Below, piece by piece: positions 28,001 through 40,800 of a stretch of 64,000 nucleotides of DNA. Made by a program: the position numbers and the translations under genes. The stretch lies in contig CM074512.1 in NCBI GenBank assembly GCA_037379345.1, positions 47,389,597-47,453,596 of the forward strand, read 5' to 3'. Positions within the stretch are counted from its first letter, which is position 1, and each line of letters opens with the position of its first letter. The notes beneath the pieces are model-generated. The model had not been told where the DNA came from and did no database searches. It saw only the letters and a list, made by a program, of their open reading frames with translations. This DNA comes from Perna viridis (Eukaryota).

Positions 28001-31000
28001 AAATCTAAAGGCTCTGGTGGCCGCTATATTAATTCTGATCTTCGATCTTAATTGATAAAAATGATACAAACACAATGGAAGTTATAAAATCGTATCTGAT
28101 GTAACATATATCTATTAAAAATCATTTAGAATTGAAGTAGAATTAAATAAGAAATGGTAAATCAGAAATAAAAGGAAGGGTATTTCAAAAATTGTATTGT
28201 TTTTTTTAACTAAACTAATAATAAAATAAAATACATGGAAGACTATTTTGAACAAATTTTCACACTGTACCCTTTTCCTGTTAGCCTTTAATTTAAGCAT
28301 ATTTCTCATATCCTTTTTGTGTCATCATCAAGCTTCCTTTGTCTTGGAAGGTGGTTATAGGAGGTTTTATGTACATCGTGATTGTGTTCAATGTCAATTT
28401 CACAAACTATTAAATACTTTCCATCTTTTGTTACTCCAATCTTAACGCTGACCATTTTGAAAGTAGTGGAAACAGTTAAGAAAAAAAATCGTATATATAT
28501 CCATGAAGGATAAGGGGGCTTAGTATTCTCTTAGCCGTCACGATTCCGTATATTATTGACGCAAACCGGATGTGGGGACGATTAGCCTCTAGAGGCTCCT
28601 CGTCCTCGAATGTGTGAACAGGCAGCCACTGCCTTTACAAAATGACATGATGGTTAGGCTAGAATTAATAATTTTTAAAATGTTTGTCGAAAAAATTGAT
28701 TTTATTAGATTTTCTGTTTTCAAAAGGTCTAAAATGTGTAACCCGAAATTACCGTACCCAAAAATCAAAGTCCGGTATTTTTGTTATCTGTACTAATTTA
28801 ATACATATTTGATTGGAACATCATATTATCATAAAAATTTTCATTGAAGAAAAATTAAAATCGCATCAGATTCTATTTATGAGACTTTATTTTTCATTCT
28901 GAATTAGATCGTATCCATTCTTTGCTGGTACGGGGGATTGACGCTAGGTACAGTGCGGAACTCAATCACTTCTTTTTTAAAACAATATCAAATCTTTCAA
29001 AATTTTATCCAAAGTCTTAAGGTTAAGTTTTGACCTCTTAATGATTTAAGTAAAACATAAAAAAAAACAGGACAGTGAGAAATAGTCAATAAATAGTTGG
29101 ATACGGTAACTTCCGGTTACACATTTCAGACCATTGGACTTCAGAAAAACGATCAAAAAAGAAATATCAGAAAAATATACATCATTTTCTTGGTGAGAAA
29201 TGAATTAAAACAGACTTTTCCACATCTCATGCAATCTTCAGTTCTTAACATACCATAAGAATTAATATTTTAGCAAAACATTATTTGGGTACGTGGAAAA
29301 TTTGGTACGGGTACGGGTTACACATTTTAGACCCTACCAATAATTATTTGAAAAAGAATATTCCCAGATGATTAACCCTCAATTAATTGAATAAGATGCA
29401 ATTGTATGTACTTGTTTGTAAGTGAAATGATATTTTAAACTTGGTGCTTCGTGGTTTATTTTTATATTTTGTAGTTGGAATAAAACTTTAAAACAGACAT
29501 GACAGAGGAATGCTTCCTGATTTCTCTACTTGTTTATATAGTGAAGAACTGAGAGAACAGAGAAGTACATGTATTTTTCTAAGTGTTAACCTTGATGCAT
29601 TTCGTATTCACTTCTTTCTGAAAAAGTCCTGGAAATGACATTTTTATTGACAAAAAAATAAATATGAGGATTTTCTGGCCCCGTGCAGGTCCGGTGTCAA
29701 AAGAATAGGCCCGCAGCAGCGCTATACTTGTCGTAAAAGGCGACTAAATAGTGCTCAGAAACCTAGCCGGGGGCTAGGCGCTCTGCCCACAGAGCAACTG
29801 GGATATGTGCCCCAGGTGGTGGAATGGGGTACCCCAGGCGTGTTACATAGTTGTGCACCGTGTTGGGGAAGATGACACGTTCCTTGCACGTTTAAGAACC
29901 TTGCTGTGGTATTCGATAGGAGTAGGAACCTTTGCTCTCCGCCACAGGAGGCTAAATTGCCCGACCTTGCCCATCCCTCCCCTTTTCCAGTGGCAATCGA
30001 AATTTTTCGACCCTGCTGTCCTTGTGTCCCATCCCTTTTTTTCATTTCGTCATCATTTCATATTCATTTTATTCATTTTATTCATCACAGATCAAGTTTA
30101 TGTTTTATTGAGATTTTCTTTGAATTAACTTTTTTTTCTAATATATTTTTTCAACATGTGGACGTGCGGTGTATGTGAGAGTGCTCACTAAGGATTTTAA
30201 ATTATATATGTTTTATAAATGAATGGTATTAATCACAAACAAATTATATTGCCAAATACTGTTCTCTATATCAGCATTTTCTTTTACTGTAGATAATTTT
30301 AGATTCAACATTTTTGCATGGTTTATGGGTGGATTGACGCAGGGGAATGTGCCCTCACTAAAATTGACAAAGCTTTGATTAAAATTGTAAATTTAGAAAA
30401 AAAGGAATGCAAGAATATATAACTGAAGTAATTCATCCAATATGGTGTTGTGTAAGCTCTCGTACATCCATTTAGTAAGGACAAATCAAGAATTTTCTAT
30501 GTTTATTTAGCTCTCCTTGGCAACCTGAAGCACTTATTTTAAAACCTGTAGCTACAGGGTATATCTATTTTAAAAGATCTTTCATTTTAATGGATAAAGT
30601 GATTTGTATCCTATGACAATTGGATAGATATATTGTGACTTGCCCACAAATAAAATGATTTAAATCATCTATTAAAATATCAAAACAATGTTAAAGGACT
30701 TCTTTAAGCATAAAATTCTGGTTACCAGATGTGTTTCAATGTGTCTTAAAAGGCAAGTGAATGTGATAAAATAAGGTGTCTTAAGACATGAAATTCGTGT
30801 CTCAAGATGTCTTAAAACATGATTTCAAGACATTTAATCATGTATCAAGGCATGTCTTGAAGACATGTCTATAAGACGCATCTTAAGACGTGTCTCAGGA
30901 CACTGAGTTCTATTCGCTATAGTAAGACTTTCTTCTGGGAAAGCTTAATACATTTCTACACAGCTAATAATTTCCAAATTATTAAATAACACTATAACAA

Positions 31001-31264
31001 TAAATAAATATAGCCGTGCATAGTTCTGGTTTTATATTTTACAGATAAAGGACGTCGCTGTCGCTCCGTCCATATAGATTTTTTAGTCTTAGATATTAGA
31101 AAGATTCATATATACACCCTACCTGCCAAGATTACCCATGCATATCCACCGTCGATATTATCATCTTTGATTAGATGGAGACTTTTTTGGCTGTTTGTAG
31201 CATTCTGATCTAATGTATTTATTCCATTGGCTTCATTGGCCGAATCTGTCTCAGACGTCGACAT
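22077..31264 (-). CDS. SLC16/monocarboxylate transporter family MFS protein A, ~559 aa; exons 31264-31123, 24761-24618, 24400-24254, 23947-22823, 22198-22077
   Basis: All junctions are GT-AG, phase 1, with an open frame. SLC16 motifs DGGYAWV, YFVKRRNLA, YGLRGGMLI.GGI.LH, LLLRP, DFLGRLL, G.SAPLIGYLRD.TG.Y; stop TGA at 22079-22077. Confidence 0.92.
26168..29338. mobile_element. Mutator-like (MULE) non-autonomous DNA transposon, 3171 bp
   Basis: TIRs GGTA(T/G)GGTCTAAAATGTGTAACCCGTACCC at both ends, flanked by an exact 9-bp duplication AATAATTAT (26159-26167 and 29339-29347). Confidence 0.85.
29677..30085 (+). mobile_element. SINE (mollusc Meta/MESC-like core), partial
   Basis: Core TTGTCGTAAAAGGCGACTAAA; GC-rich body closely similar to the inverted copy at 58080-58582. 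Confidence 0.7.
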
Positions 31265-33786
31265 ATCTGTATAATACTGATCAAAATGAATGTAGTTTAT
31301 GCATTATACATGTAATACAGCATGTAAAAGTATAATTTAATATTAACATTTGAGAAAACTCCATTAATTCTTATCAAAAGTCAAATCATGATGATATTGC
31401 CAACTCTCACACATTCCATGGTAAACTAACGCATTTTTTAGCCATTTCCCTTGACCTAATGTATTTTGCCGTTCGTCTTTCACTTTCACCCAATCTCCCG
31501 CATTGGAAGCTTGGCAGCGTTTGTTCCCCATTCCTGATTATTGCATATATTATGGTAGGCTTTACCAATGCTGAACACTTTTCTTAAAAAGAACGATCAA
31601 TTTTACTATTTTATTGAATTAAATGTAAAAGTAAAATTTGCGCACTTAAATGCGATACAACAAACGTCAGAAGATACCATTGTTTGATAGTGCGATTATG
31701 TGGTAAAACGCAAATATCAAAATCGGTGGTGTAAGATAAGTTATTATTCACTTGTACAACAACACATTCGTCTAAAGTCACAACCTTGTCATAAACTGGG
31801 TTCTTTCACTTATCATCATAATTAGATTTGAAGTTGAATGAAGAATGTGTACTTTTATAATACTATGCAGATATGTTTTGAACGTTTCATCCATTTTAAA
31901 TATCGATCGATATACCATCAGATATGTTATTTTTGTATCCGAAGAAAATATAGTAAGCACTTTAATAGTAGTCTCCAATTTTAACTCAACATTAAAAAAA
32001 AAATAATAAAAATATACGGGGGTAAAGTACAGCTGAGTACGAATTTTAAGGTCGAGATTTGCGACGAATGTTTCATAATGTAGTGAAATAAAATCAATGC
32101 AAATCTAATTATAGGATGAAATCTATCTACATACAAGATACACACAAAAATGAACACTTACTTTGTTATATCTTGTCCTGAATAGTAGATGTCATAGTGA
32201 TATTATACTCCGGGAAGTATGTCGACAAATATCAGTTTTAGAGATAAACACGAACTAACAACAAAATAATGTCCCAGATCTTACAATTGTTAACGGTAAC
32301 TACGCATGTAAACATGCTTGGATTGCATGATATAGTAAATTGTCTTCGTCACTAAACCAACGTCAGTTAACTCGTAGAATTGTTTTCATTTAACTACACT
32401 ATACATGTATGCATTATATTTGAAAAGTTTATTTGATCAAAGGTCTAATTAAGTGCCCTAAATGTTGTGGTTAAAGACCAAACGAACGTGATGGTCTTCA
32501 AGATCGATTCAACTAATCTTGCGTATAAGAAGGAGTCAAGACTAGGCTTATTTTTGAAGCAAGCAAGAAGGGGTTTTAATCTCTTAATATATTCGATAAC
32601 GGATCTCTCAAGAATGGCCCTGGAACCAGTTCCATTGGTGGTTTTAAAATATTGTAAGTTGGTTGGATCAAAAGTTGCCCGAGTCTGAGACAGTGGGGTT
32701 GGTATTAACAAGTTAGATATTTGCAGACCCAGGATGATGATCTGATGAAAATGATCGACGAAGATGAAACTGTTGGAGTGGAAACCTCCGAGTTGGTATA
32801 TATTTATGGTTGAGCTATCGGTTTAATGTCTATTTCAATCCTATGGTAACAACCTTCATTTTCACTGTCGGTGAAAATCCTGGTTGAATATGGAGATAGA
32901 TCAGCATGTGTTCACAACTTGAACTGCAATTAATACAACGAAAGACTGATAATAATGATGTATATTTCCCTATAGGTATACTCTTACCGTTTGATATCAG
33001 TCATTTAACACCATATTCTTCCCACCATAGTCGCGTCGAAAACGAGTCAATTCAAATTACATGTAACTGTTGCTTTTCATCATTCATTATCAAGATCACG
33101 ATGTTACATTGCACAGCTGCAAATTTTTAAACAGGAAAACCTGTGCAGTTTTATTTTTCAAAAAAGTTATAAAACACAAACGATTAAAGATAAATCCTTA
33201 GTTTCCATTTATTTAAAAATAAATAAATATAAAAGCATATGAATCATGACATACTATGCCATATGAAATAATCCTGACCTTACGATGAAAAAGAACACAT
33301 CAGCAAAGACTTTTATCATAGGTCCGTCTAAAGATTATGCAGTGCATTTAAAGGTAAAAACGATGAGTCGAATCTATCTATCAACTTCTTCGCAACCTCA
33401 GACCTTAAAAAAAAAAACAATAAAAAGACAAAAATATTTCCCGCCATTTTTTTTCTACTGATCATTATATAACCTTCAACATTTCTTTCTGTACTATCCC
33501 AATTTCTGTCACTATATTGGGTGCATCTGAAAAATACTAAAGGAACATATTTGATGCATTTACTATGCATGATAATAAGGTGAACCGGTACTGAAGGGTC
33601 TCTATGAAGACTGCACGATACTTATAAATTGTTGTGAGAATTTTTTTTATAGAAGAGTTGATTAGACTAACTGAATTACAATCGTTTAACTTGCAGCTTC
33701 GTATTTAACATCCCAAGTATAGTAAATGAGGAGAAAGAAAAAAATATACCAATAATTCACTACACTGGAACAGAGAGGATATATCA

Positions 33787-34788
33787 CAGGGTTCGAAATT
33801 ACTATTGGTCCGCTAGCCCGTATCTAGTAAAATCTGTCACGGTCTAGCAAAATGTTTTATTGTACCGATCCGTTGGTCTAGAAGAATTTTCCGGAAATGT
33901 ATCCAGAATTAGTATTTTCATAATTCCAGTCTTTTAATGCTTAAGGAATTTGAGAGGCATATTTCAAACATACATCGCTATTGATTAATTTCAAGGTAAA
34001 CCAAATCGGAACTTCTCAGCCTTTCTCATAACACAGAGGCAAGTATTTGAAGTGCGGGTAATTAACCGAGTAGTTCCGAACGAAAGTAAACAAGTGGCGA
34101 CACTTTGAAGGGGTATCGAAATCTACTCCTCAAAAAGGATCCTCCAATGAAATAGGGGAACAAAATAAATAGTATGACCACTTGTGTGTATGACTCGACG
34201 AAGAGGCGCCGAAAGTTTCAGAATCATTGAATAAATGTCTACACATTGCTTCAATGTTTATCGGAAAAGGAATAGATGTGTTGTAAATATTGCCATGATG
34301 GTGACGCAAACTTATTAACGGAACAAAAAACTTGAAATAGAATACACTTGACTGGCACAAGAAGACTAAACAACACATAAAGGCTAGTGATATCCACCAT
34401 GCCATGAAAGCTCCGAGTCTGAATATGAATCTGACATTGACTTTCAGCTACATCCAGATGATAAATAAAATTGTGTTCACTGTCGCAATTAAAATTGTTC
34501 TAGTTCTTAGATAATATTTGATGTTGTCTTCTAAGTTCTAATGCCCATTACCTGGTATCATTTCTATAAATTTATTTTAAAAAACACCTTCTTAAATGAT
34601 CAAGACTTCAAATCAAAAACGAATGAAATGCCATTTTTATTAAAAAAACAAACCACCTTGTGTTATTCAGTTCAGGTTTCGATCAAGGCTGTGAAATCAG
34701 GTCTAGTGGCTTGTTTGCAGGTCTAGGTATTTTTTTTGTCTACTGGACCTGTGGTTTAGACAAATATCTAGACTAATTTCGAACCCTG
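33787..34788. mobile_element. hAT-like non-autonomous element, ~1 kb
   Basis: TIRs CAGGGTTCGAAATTA / TAATTTCGAACCCTG; flanking TSD only partly conserved (..TATCA). Confidence 0.65.
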
Positions 34789-35204
34789 TGGTTATCATGA
34801 AGACGCTACCACGTGGTCAAACTAATCGACATATTAAAAGATACCTTGAGATAGCTTGGGTGTAGTTGTCTTTATATAACTTTATTTACATTGAAATAGG
34901 TAAAAAACAAAGTTTATTCTTATAGTTATCCGGTAAATACTATTTCAGGAAAAATATCTCCAAAATCATATTTTATAGAGTCCGGAACATGTACAACATT
35001 TTTTCTAACATAAGTTCTTATGTTACCTTTACTTTAAATATTTCGTTTACTAAAATTAGTGTATATATTACAGTAAAAGTATAATTTCTATAATTCTAGG
35101 TGTACAATTTTTACATGAACTTTTTTTGTTTTTCTGTCCTGTTTTTTTAAAACGTGAAATATGTACAAAAAGAACTTAGAAATGCTTGAATGTTGTTTGT
35201 ACTT

Positions 35205-35842
35205 CGGGACGCCGAATGGGACTCTTGTGGTTTTGTACTCAAAATTCAATTTTGTACAGACAAAAGTGAATTTTGTTCAACAAAAATGATTTCTGAATAA
35301 CAAAATTTATAATATACTACAAATTTCCGATTTTGTGTCACAAAATTCAATTTTGTATGCAAATTAATTTACAGAGTCATTTGGATATGCAAATGAATTC
35401 TCTCATCACGATTTTGTAAGAAGGTCTCTCATTGGATATATCGCAGACGCAGGTTTCCGATTACTTCGAGCAACACAGGACGGTTATGGCCGTTTTAAGT
35501 GAAATGAAAACAAAATCTTTTTAGTTGCATTCTACGGTAAAACTGTTTTGAAATTACTAAAATTTCTATGAGATTTGTTTGATAAAACAGGTTTTCAAAT
35601 ACGCGATTTTTCTACTTTCGATTTATTGGGATTTCACCTGGTTAATCACGTGATCAAAATTGAATTTTGTCTCACAGAATTGAATTGTGTGACACAGAAT
35701 TAACTTTTGTGACACAGAATTAACTTTTGTGACATACAATTAAATTTTGTCTCACAAAATTGAATTTTGTGACGCAAAATAGATTTTTGTCTCAAAAAAT
35801 TGATTTTGATTACAAAAAGATCAAGTACCATTCGGCGCTCCG
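35205..35842. mobile_element. MITE with ~20-bp subterminal tandem repeats
   Basis: TIRs CGGGACGCCGAATGG / CCATTCGGCGCTCCG; arrays of CACA(A/G)AATT(G/A)A(A/C)TTTTGT in both arms. Confidence 0.7.
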
Positions 35843-36044
35843 TATGTACGTACGATATCTTTGAAAGTAGTTGTCAATATTTCATTTGTTAACTTATTAT
35901 TAATACATGCATATATTATTAATTTTGTGACACATGGTACCATATTGAAATTCACAGTCATGCGAAAATACGATAAGTAGCTACATGTATGAGCACATCT
36001 TTATCGCATATAAATAACAACTTTGTAATAATACATTTATGAGT

Positions 36045-39000
36045 TCATGAGCTCATAGGAACAAAACTCATCACAAGTCCCCCGATAACAAGCACAGAAC
36101 CAATAGCATAGAATGTAACATTGTAGTTTCCTGTTAGACCATAGACCATTCCTGAAAGAAATTTATTTACTTCATAATTAAAACAACGCATAGAAACAAA
36201 ACAGAATGAAAAACGAATGAATAGCAATCGGGAAAACTACAAAGAAAAGGCATCACGCACTCAACTAAAGAAAAAAAATACAACTCAAACAGATACCACA
36301 AACCTACCACAACAAAGTTGTGCACGGACCAGGTACAGGGTAGTCGTGCTGTCTTATAAAGACTCACCGTGTTGTATCTTTTCTAGAATGATCCACCATG
36401 TTGCTTTTGCCATGAACGGCTTAAAGTGGACAAGCTAATGAAGAATGAGGAGTACACCTCTTACTGTGACTGATATATATATATATAGTGTAAGAATTCA
36501 AAAATGACAAAAGTTCATTTACATTGTAACCATAGAACTTTTGAAATGGTGACCTGCTTGGTTACACAACCTGCATTCCTAAAATAAGTTTAAAACGGTT
36601 CAAATTATTCATGTTAACACGGCATTATCATTAACATACATCGACTTTTTTTCCAGATGTCCGGGATTACCGTACGGTCACACGAACTTTTTTAAAAAGT
36701 AACAGTATGATAATTCTTTTAACAGCAAAATATATTTAAAACAAAACCGTAAGGAAGTATGAGCTTAATTCGATTTCTTACCTACACCAGGCGGTCCTAT
36801 AAACGACGCTATTCCTTGGAACCATAAGGTAATTCCTACTGAATCTGTGACCTGGTCCGTTTTTACAATATCCATCAACAAGACGATATAGAGACAATTA
36901 AATACACCTACATGAAATAGCAAGTAAAAACAAAAACAATTTAAAAAATATAAAACCAATAAATAATCATTACTATAATAAAAAAAAAACTGAGCGCTAC
37001 TGGTGAAAATATCGAATTTAGGATGCACAAGGAACAAATTGACTCAGAAAACAGGTATTTTCGGGTGAAATAGAATATAAGTGTTTTTAATCTAAAAAAA
37101 AAAGACGTCTTATGTGATTTTATCTTTCACTCTTTTAAAATAGACAGAAAAAGCAGACAAAACAAAATAAAACAAAAGGATGACATGTAGATTATCCGAC
37201 TAATAGTTTTAAATCAATATTGAAAATGTAAGGACCATTTAGATGCCGTTTTATTCATAACAGTTTGGTTCAATGAAGCAATGAAAATACTTTCATACCA
37301 CTGAAGCATTGACCATATAGGTTCTTACTACTTAAGCAATTAACATAGTTTCTTACCACTGAATATCCCATACATTGCTGCGTATGTGACCAAATACGGA
37401 ACACTATCGTTAAGCGGGCTAGCTATTGTAACAATTCCACTGATGACAACGGACACAATATATAAACACTTTCTGTTTACAAAAGGTCGATCAGATAGCC
37501 AACCAGATGCCACACGACCGAATATATTCGAGAATCCTATGACAGAAATGAAAAGCGCTGCCTCTGATTTAGTTCTTCCCTTCTCAATAGATCGGTCTGG
37601 TAGATAAATATATGGAGAGTTCAACCCAAGAACAACAAAAAAGCATGATGCGACAAATACTAGAAAAGCAGGATTCTTAAATACTGTAAAATCATAAGAG
37701 TTAAGTATTGCTCTACGCAATTTTTGACAAGGATTTTTACTAGCAGAATGTGTAATTTCAATGTGATTTTCGTATAAACAGATGTTTTCTTGAATCAATG
37801 AATTACTTTCATCTTTTGTGCTATCAAATTCTTTCACTAATTCTTTCGGAATTGCACTATCTTCATTTTTCCATGACTGTTTTACTTTAGTCCGATTTTC
37901 CATCACGAGCCTTTTCCGTAGCTGCTTTTTATTTAAATACCTTGTTTTTCCACTTATAAGACGAGAAGATCTCAAAGGTCTAAGAAGTGCTCCAACCAGT
38001 ACTATATTTAGAATAATACCGCCAATAATTAGTGAGGTGCCTCTCCATCCGTATTCTAACAAAAGTCTTTCCACCATTGGAGCACATACAAGAGTTCCAA
38101 CCCCTACACCACAAACTGCAATTCCCATAGCAAAGGATTTTCTCTTGTCAAAATAAATTCCAACACTAACTACAAATGGGATAAAAGCTAGACCCATACC
38201 AAGACCTGAAATATAATGAAATAAGAAATAATTTGAAATTGAAAATTCAATGGAAGAATAATCAAGGGAAGGTTATAGAGGTAATCAAAGAGTAATCAAG
38301 GGAACCAAGGTTATAGCGGTAATCAAAAGAATGTAATCCGGGGACAAAGACCAGACATGAAAGAGTAATCAAGGAAACCAAGGTTGGAGCGGTAATCAAA
38401 AGAATGTAACCCAGGGACAAAGACCAGACATGGAAGAGTAATCAAGGAAACCAAGGTTTTAGCGGTAATCAAAAGAATGTAACCAAGGGACAAAGACCAG
38501 ACATGGAAGAGTAATCAAGGGAACCAAGGTTATAGCGGTAATCATAAGAATGTAATCCAGGGACAAAGACCAGACATGGAAGAGTAATCAAGGAAACCAA
38601 GGTTATAGCGGTAATCAAAATAATGAAACCAAGGGACAAAAGGTCTATATGATGAAATGTATAATTATTCATTCCAATCTGTCTGCTCTTAGGAAATAAA
38701 CCACATGGAAATTACCAATAGTTTCTATTGTATTTTAGTGTTATTTACAGAGTTATCTCCGTTAATTTTGAATTCTACAGTAAATTCTATATAATACGCT
38801 CCCCAAGGAAGCGTGTATGGTTGTATTATCAACTTGGTTCTGTATACTTATGGCAAGAAAAAGTATCAATATCCGGTTTGTACCTGCATTTTCAGGAGCT
38901 GAAAAACAGCATAATGGCAGCTTCATTTGCGTATACTTGTATATGTGCGATTGAGCGCCAAACCAGTCTCGGAAAATATTTGCTAGTTTCGATAATTAAA

Positions 39001-40548
39001 TACAAATCGAATCATAGTTTTTCCAAGATAGGGTTGGCCTTATATTCTGCAGTATGGCCCCCGGATGTTTACGAAAATTACGTTATCAATATTACCCATA
39101 ATTCTCGGGTCATAAAAATTGCAAAACGAAAATGAACCAGAACGAAGCGAAAATAATCAATAAAAGAAAGAATTGAAACGAAACAATTCGATGAAATGAA
39201 TCAAATCGTAATAAAAACATTATTAAACTATACTAAATGAAACAGAATGCAGCAAAACTAAGTACAATAAAAGAAATCTTTTAAGACGTTTCGCAAATTT
39301 TAAGAACCATAATGTTAACCAGTGCCGGACAATTCGATCCAAAGCCATTTCGGACCACGAAAACCAATAATTCTTTATGAATGCCGCACATTTCGGCCAA
39401 TAGACATATCAGACCATGACAATTAGTATAATGCTTTAGGGCAAATATATATCATTACAAAATTTACTATACTTGAAGGTATAACATATCAAATAAGAGC
39501 TGACAAAAAAATTGTTTTTATTAATGTTTCTTGGGGAGCGTTAAAAGGTTTCACTTTCATCATATTATTTATCTCCTATGAATAAGGGTTATATGAAAAG
39601 CCACATGTTAATTTCTGTTTACTATGACATTCTTATGTGGAGTGCTACTTAATAAGAACTAGCGTAAAAACTAAATATGTTGTACCTGAAACAACACCCA
39701 TTGATATATACAGGAAATAGATATTCGTGGCAAAACTACTTGTAATGTAACCTGTAGCAGCAATCACAGAACCAGTAATGCTTGTCACTCTACTGCCGTA
39801 TCGGTTACACATAAAACTGGATATAGGACCTATGAAAATACATAACAAATAATAATATATAATAAATATGCAAATTTGTTTACTTCTGAAACAACTATGG
39901 TAAAGAGATTTATTAACTTGTAGCTGTATATTGAGTTAAAATCTAAACTCAAACGCTTTAATATTACTATAACACTTATACATTGGTGAAACTGCCAACA
40001 TAAAAAATAAAACTTCTATCTGTATTATATGCTAATTCAACGAAAACATATTTGTTTTCTTGAAAAAACTGAAAATGGTACATGACATCAGCGAATGGTT
40101 ATTCCTTTTAAGGACGTAAACAATATTGTTGAACCCTTCCCTGAGTTTTAAGTTATGGTTGTAAATCCCATATAAATATGGACTTAATTAAATCAGTATT
40201 ATTCTCGATCTATTACATTTTAATTCTTAGGATAGTTTCTAAAAAAAAACTAAGCATATTAAATTTACTTGATATCATCAGTGTGCCGAAAGCTATTGAA
40301 CTGATCCACGATGTTTGAGATTTGCCGGTGTTCAAATCTTCTAAAAACTCCACGTACATTATACCAGTTGTTGTTAGTATTCCAAATGCAATGAAATTCA
40401 TCATGAAGGCAGCAAAGACAATAACCCAACCGTAACCTCCATCTGGTGCTGCTTGACTTCCAATGTTGATCTTGTTACTCTCAGTTGAATCTTCATTTTG
40501 GTTCTGTATATATACTGATGCATCTTTCTCATGTTCTTTTAACATCAT
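36045..40548 (-). CDS. SLC16/monocarboxylate transporter family MFS protein B, ~501 aa; exons 40548-40269, 39829-39686, 38205-37357, 36907-36782, 36151-36045
   Basis: GT-AG phase-1 junctions with an open frame. Motifs PDGGYGWVIV, NRYGSR, YFDKRKSFAMGIA, YGWRG, LLRPL, NIFGRVASGWLSD, IGPP, LTGNY. Confidence 0.92.
38289..38640 (-). repeat. ~5 tandem copies of a 73-bp unit equal to the terminus of the Penelope-like element
   Basis: AGAGTAATCAAGG starts at 38289, 38362, 38435, 38508 and 38581; the unit is the reverse complement of the last ~73 nt of the copies at 16530 and 56790. Confidence 0.9.
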
Positions 40549-40560
40549 TTACCAATTGAA

Positions 40561-40800
40561 AGAGTAATCAAGGGAACCAAGATTCTAGAGGAAATCAAAA
40601 AGAATATAATACAGGGACAAAGACCAGACATATAAGACAGACAAACACAACAAAGAACATAAAATTACTAAAACAATACACATAAAGAAGCGTCCTCTTA
40701 TTTTCTAGAAACATCCGCCGAGTTGCCAATAAAAAGTCATGTCCGGGGTAGACGAAAGGGAAACCATGACACGTTGAACAAATTAGTTTTCATTGTGCAG
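40561..40800 (-). mobile_element. Degenerate Penelope-like 3' fragment ending 12 nt upstream of the transporter B ATG
   Basis: AGAGTAATCAAGGGAACCAAG...GCGTCCTCT..TTTTCTAGAAACA.CCGCCGAGTTGC is the reverse complement of the family sequence. Confidence 0.75.

Larger units (their letters stand above)
25027..30921. mobile_element. Unclassified TIR DNA-transposon relic in intron 1 of transporter A, carrying nested insertions
   Basis: Left end ATAGCAAATAACCTCAGTGTCTTGAGACAC and right end (reverse complement) ATAGCGAATAGAACTCAGTGTCCTGAGACAC are inverted repeats; GTCTTGAGAC subterminal arrays at both ends; no clear TSD. Confidence 0.55.

Noticed and set aside
29755-30178. Overlapping GC-rich ORFs
   Set aside because: They fall within a SINE copy.
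32445-32900. ORFs on both strands with a coding-like look
   Set aside because: No recognisable motif or consistent splice structure; possibly a decayed TE.
38289-38640. Regularly spaced repeats that could suggest a CRISPR array
   Set aside because: Units are contiguous with no unique spacers, derive from a retroelement end, lie in a eukaryotic intron, and have no cas genes nearby.
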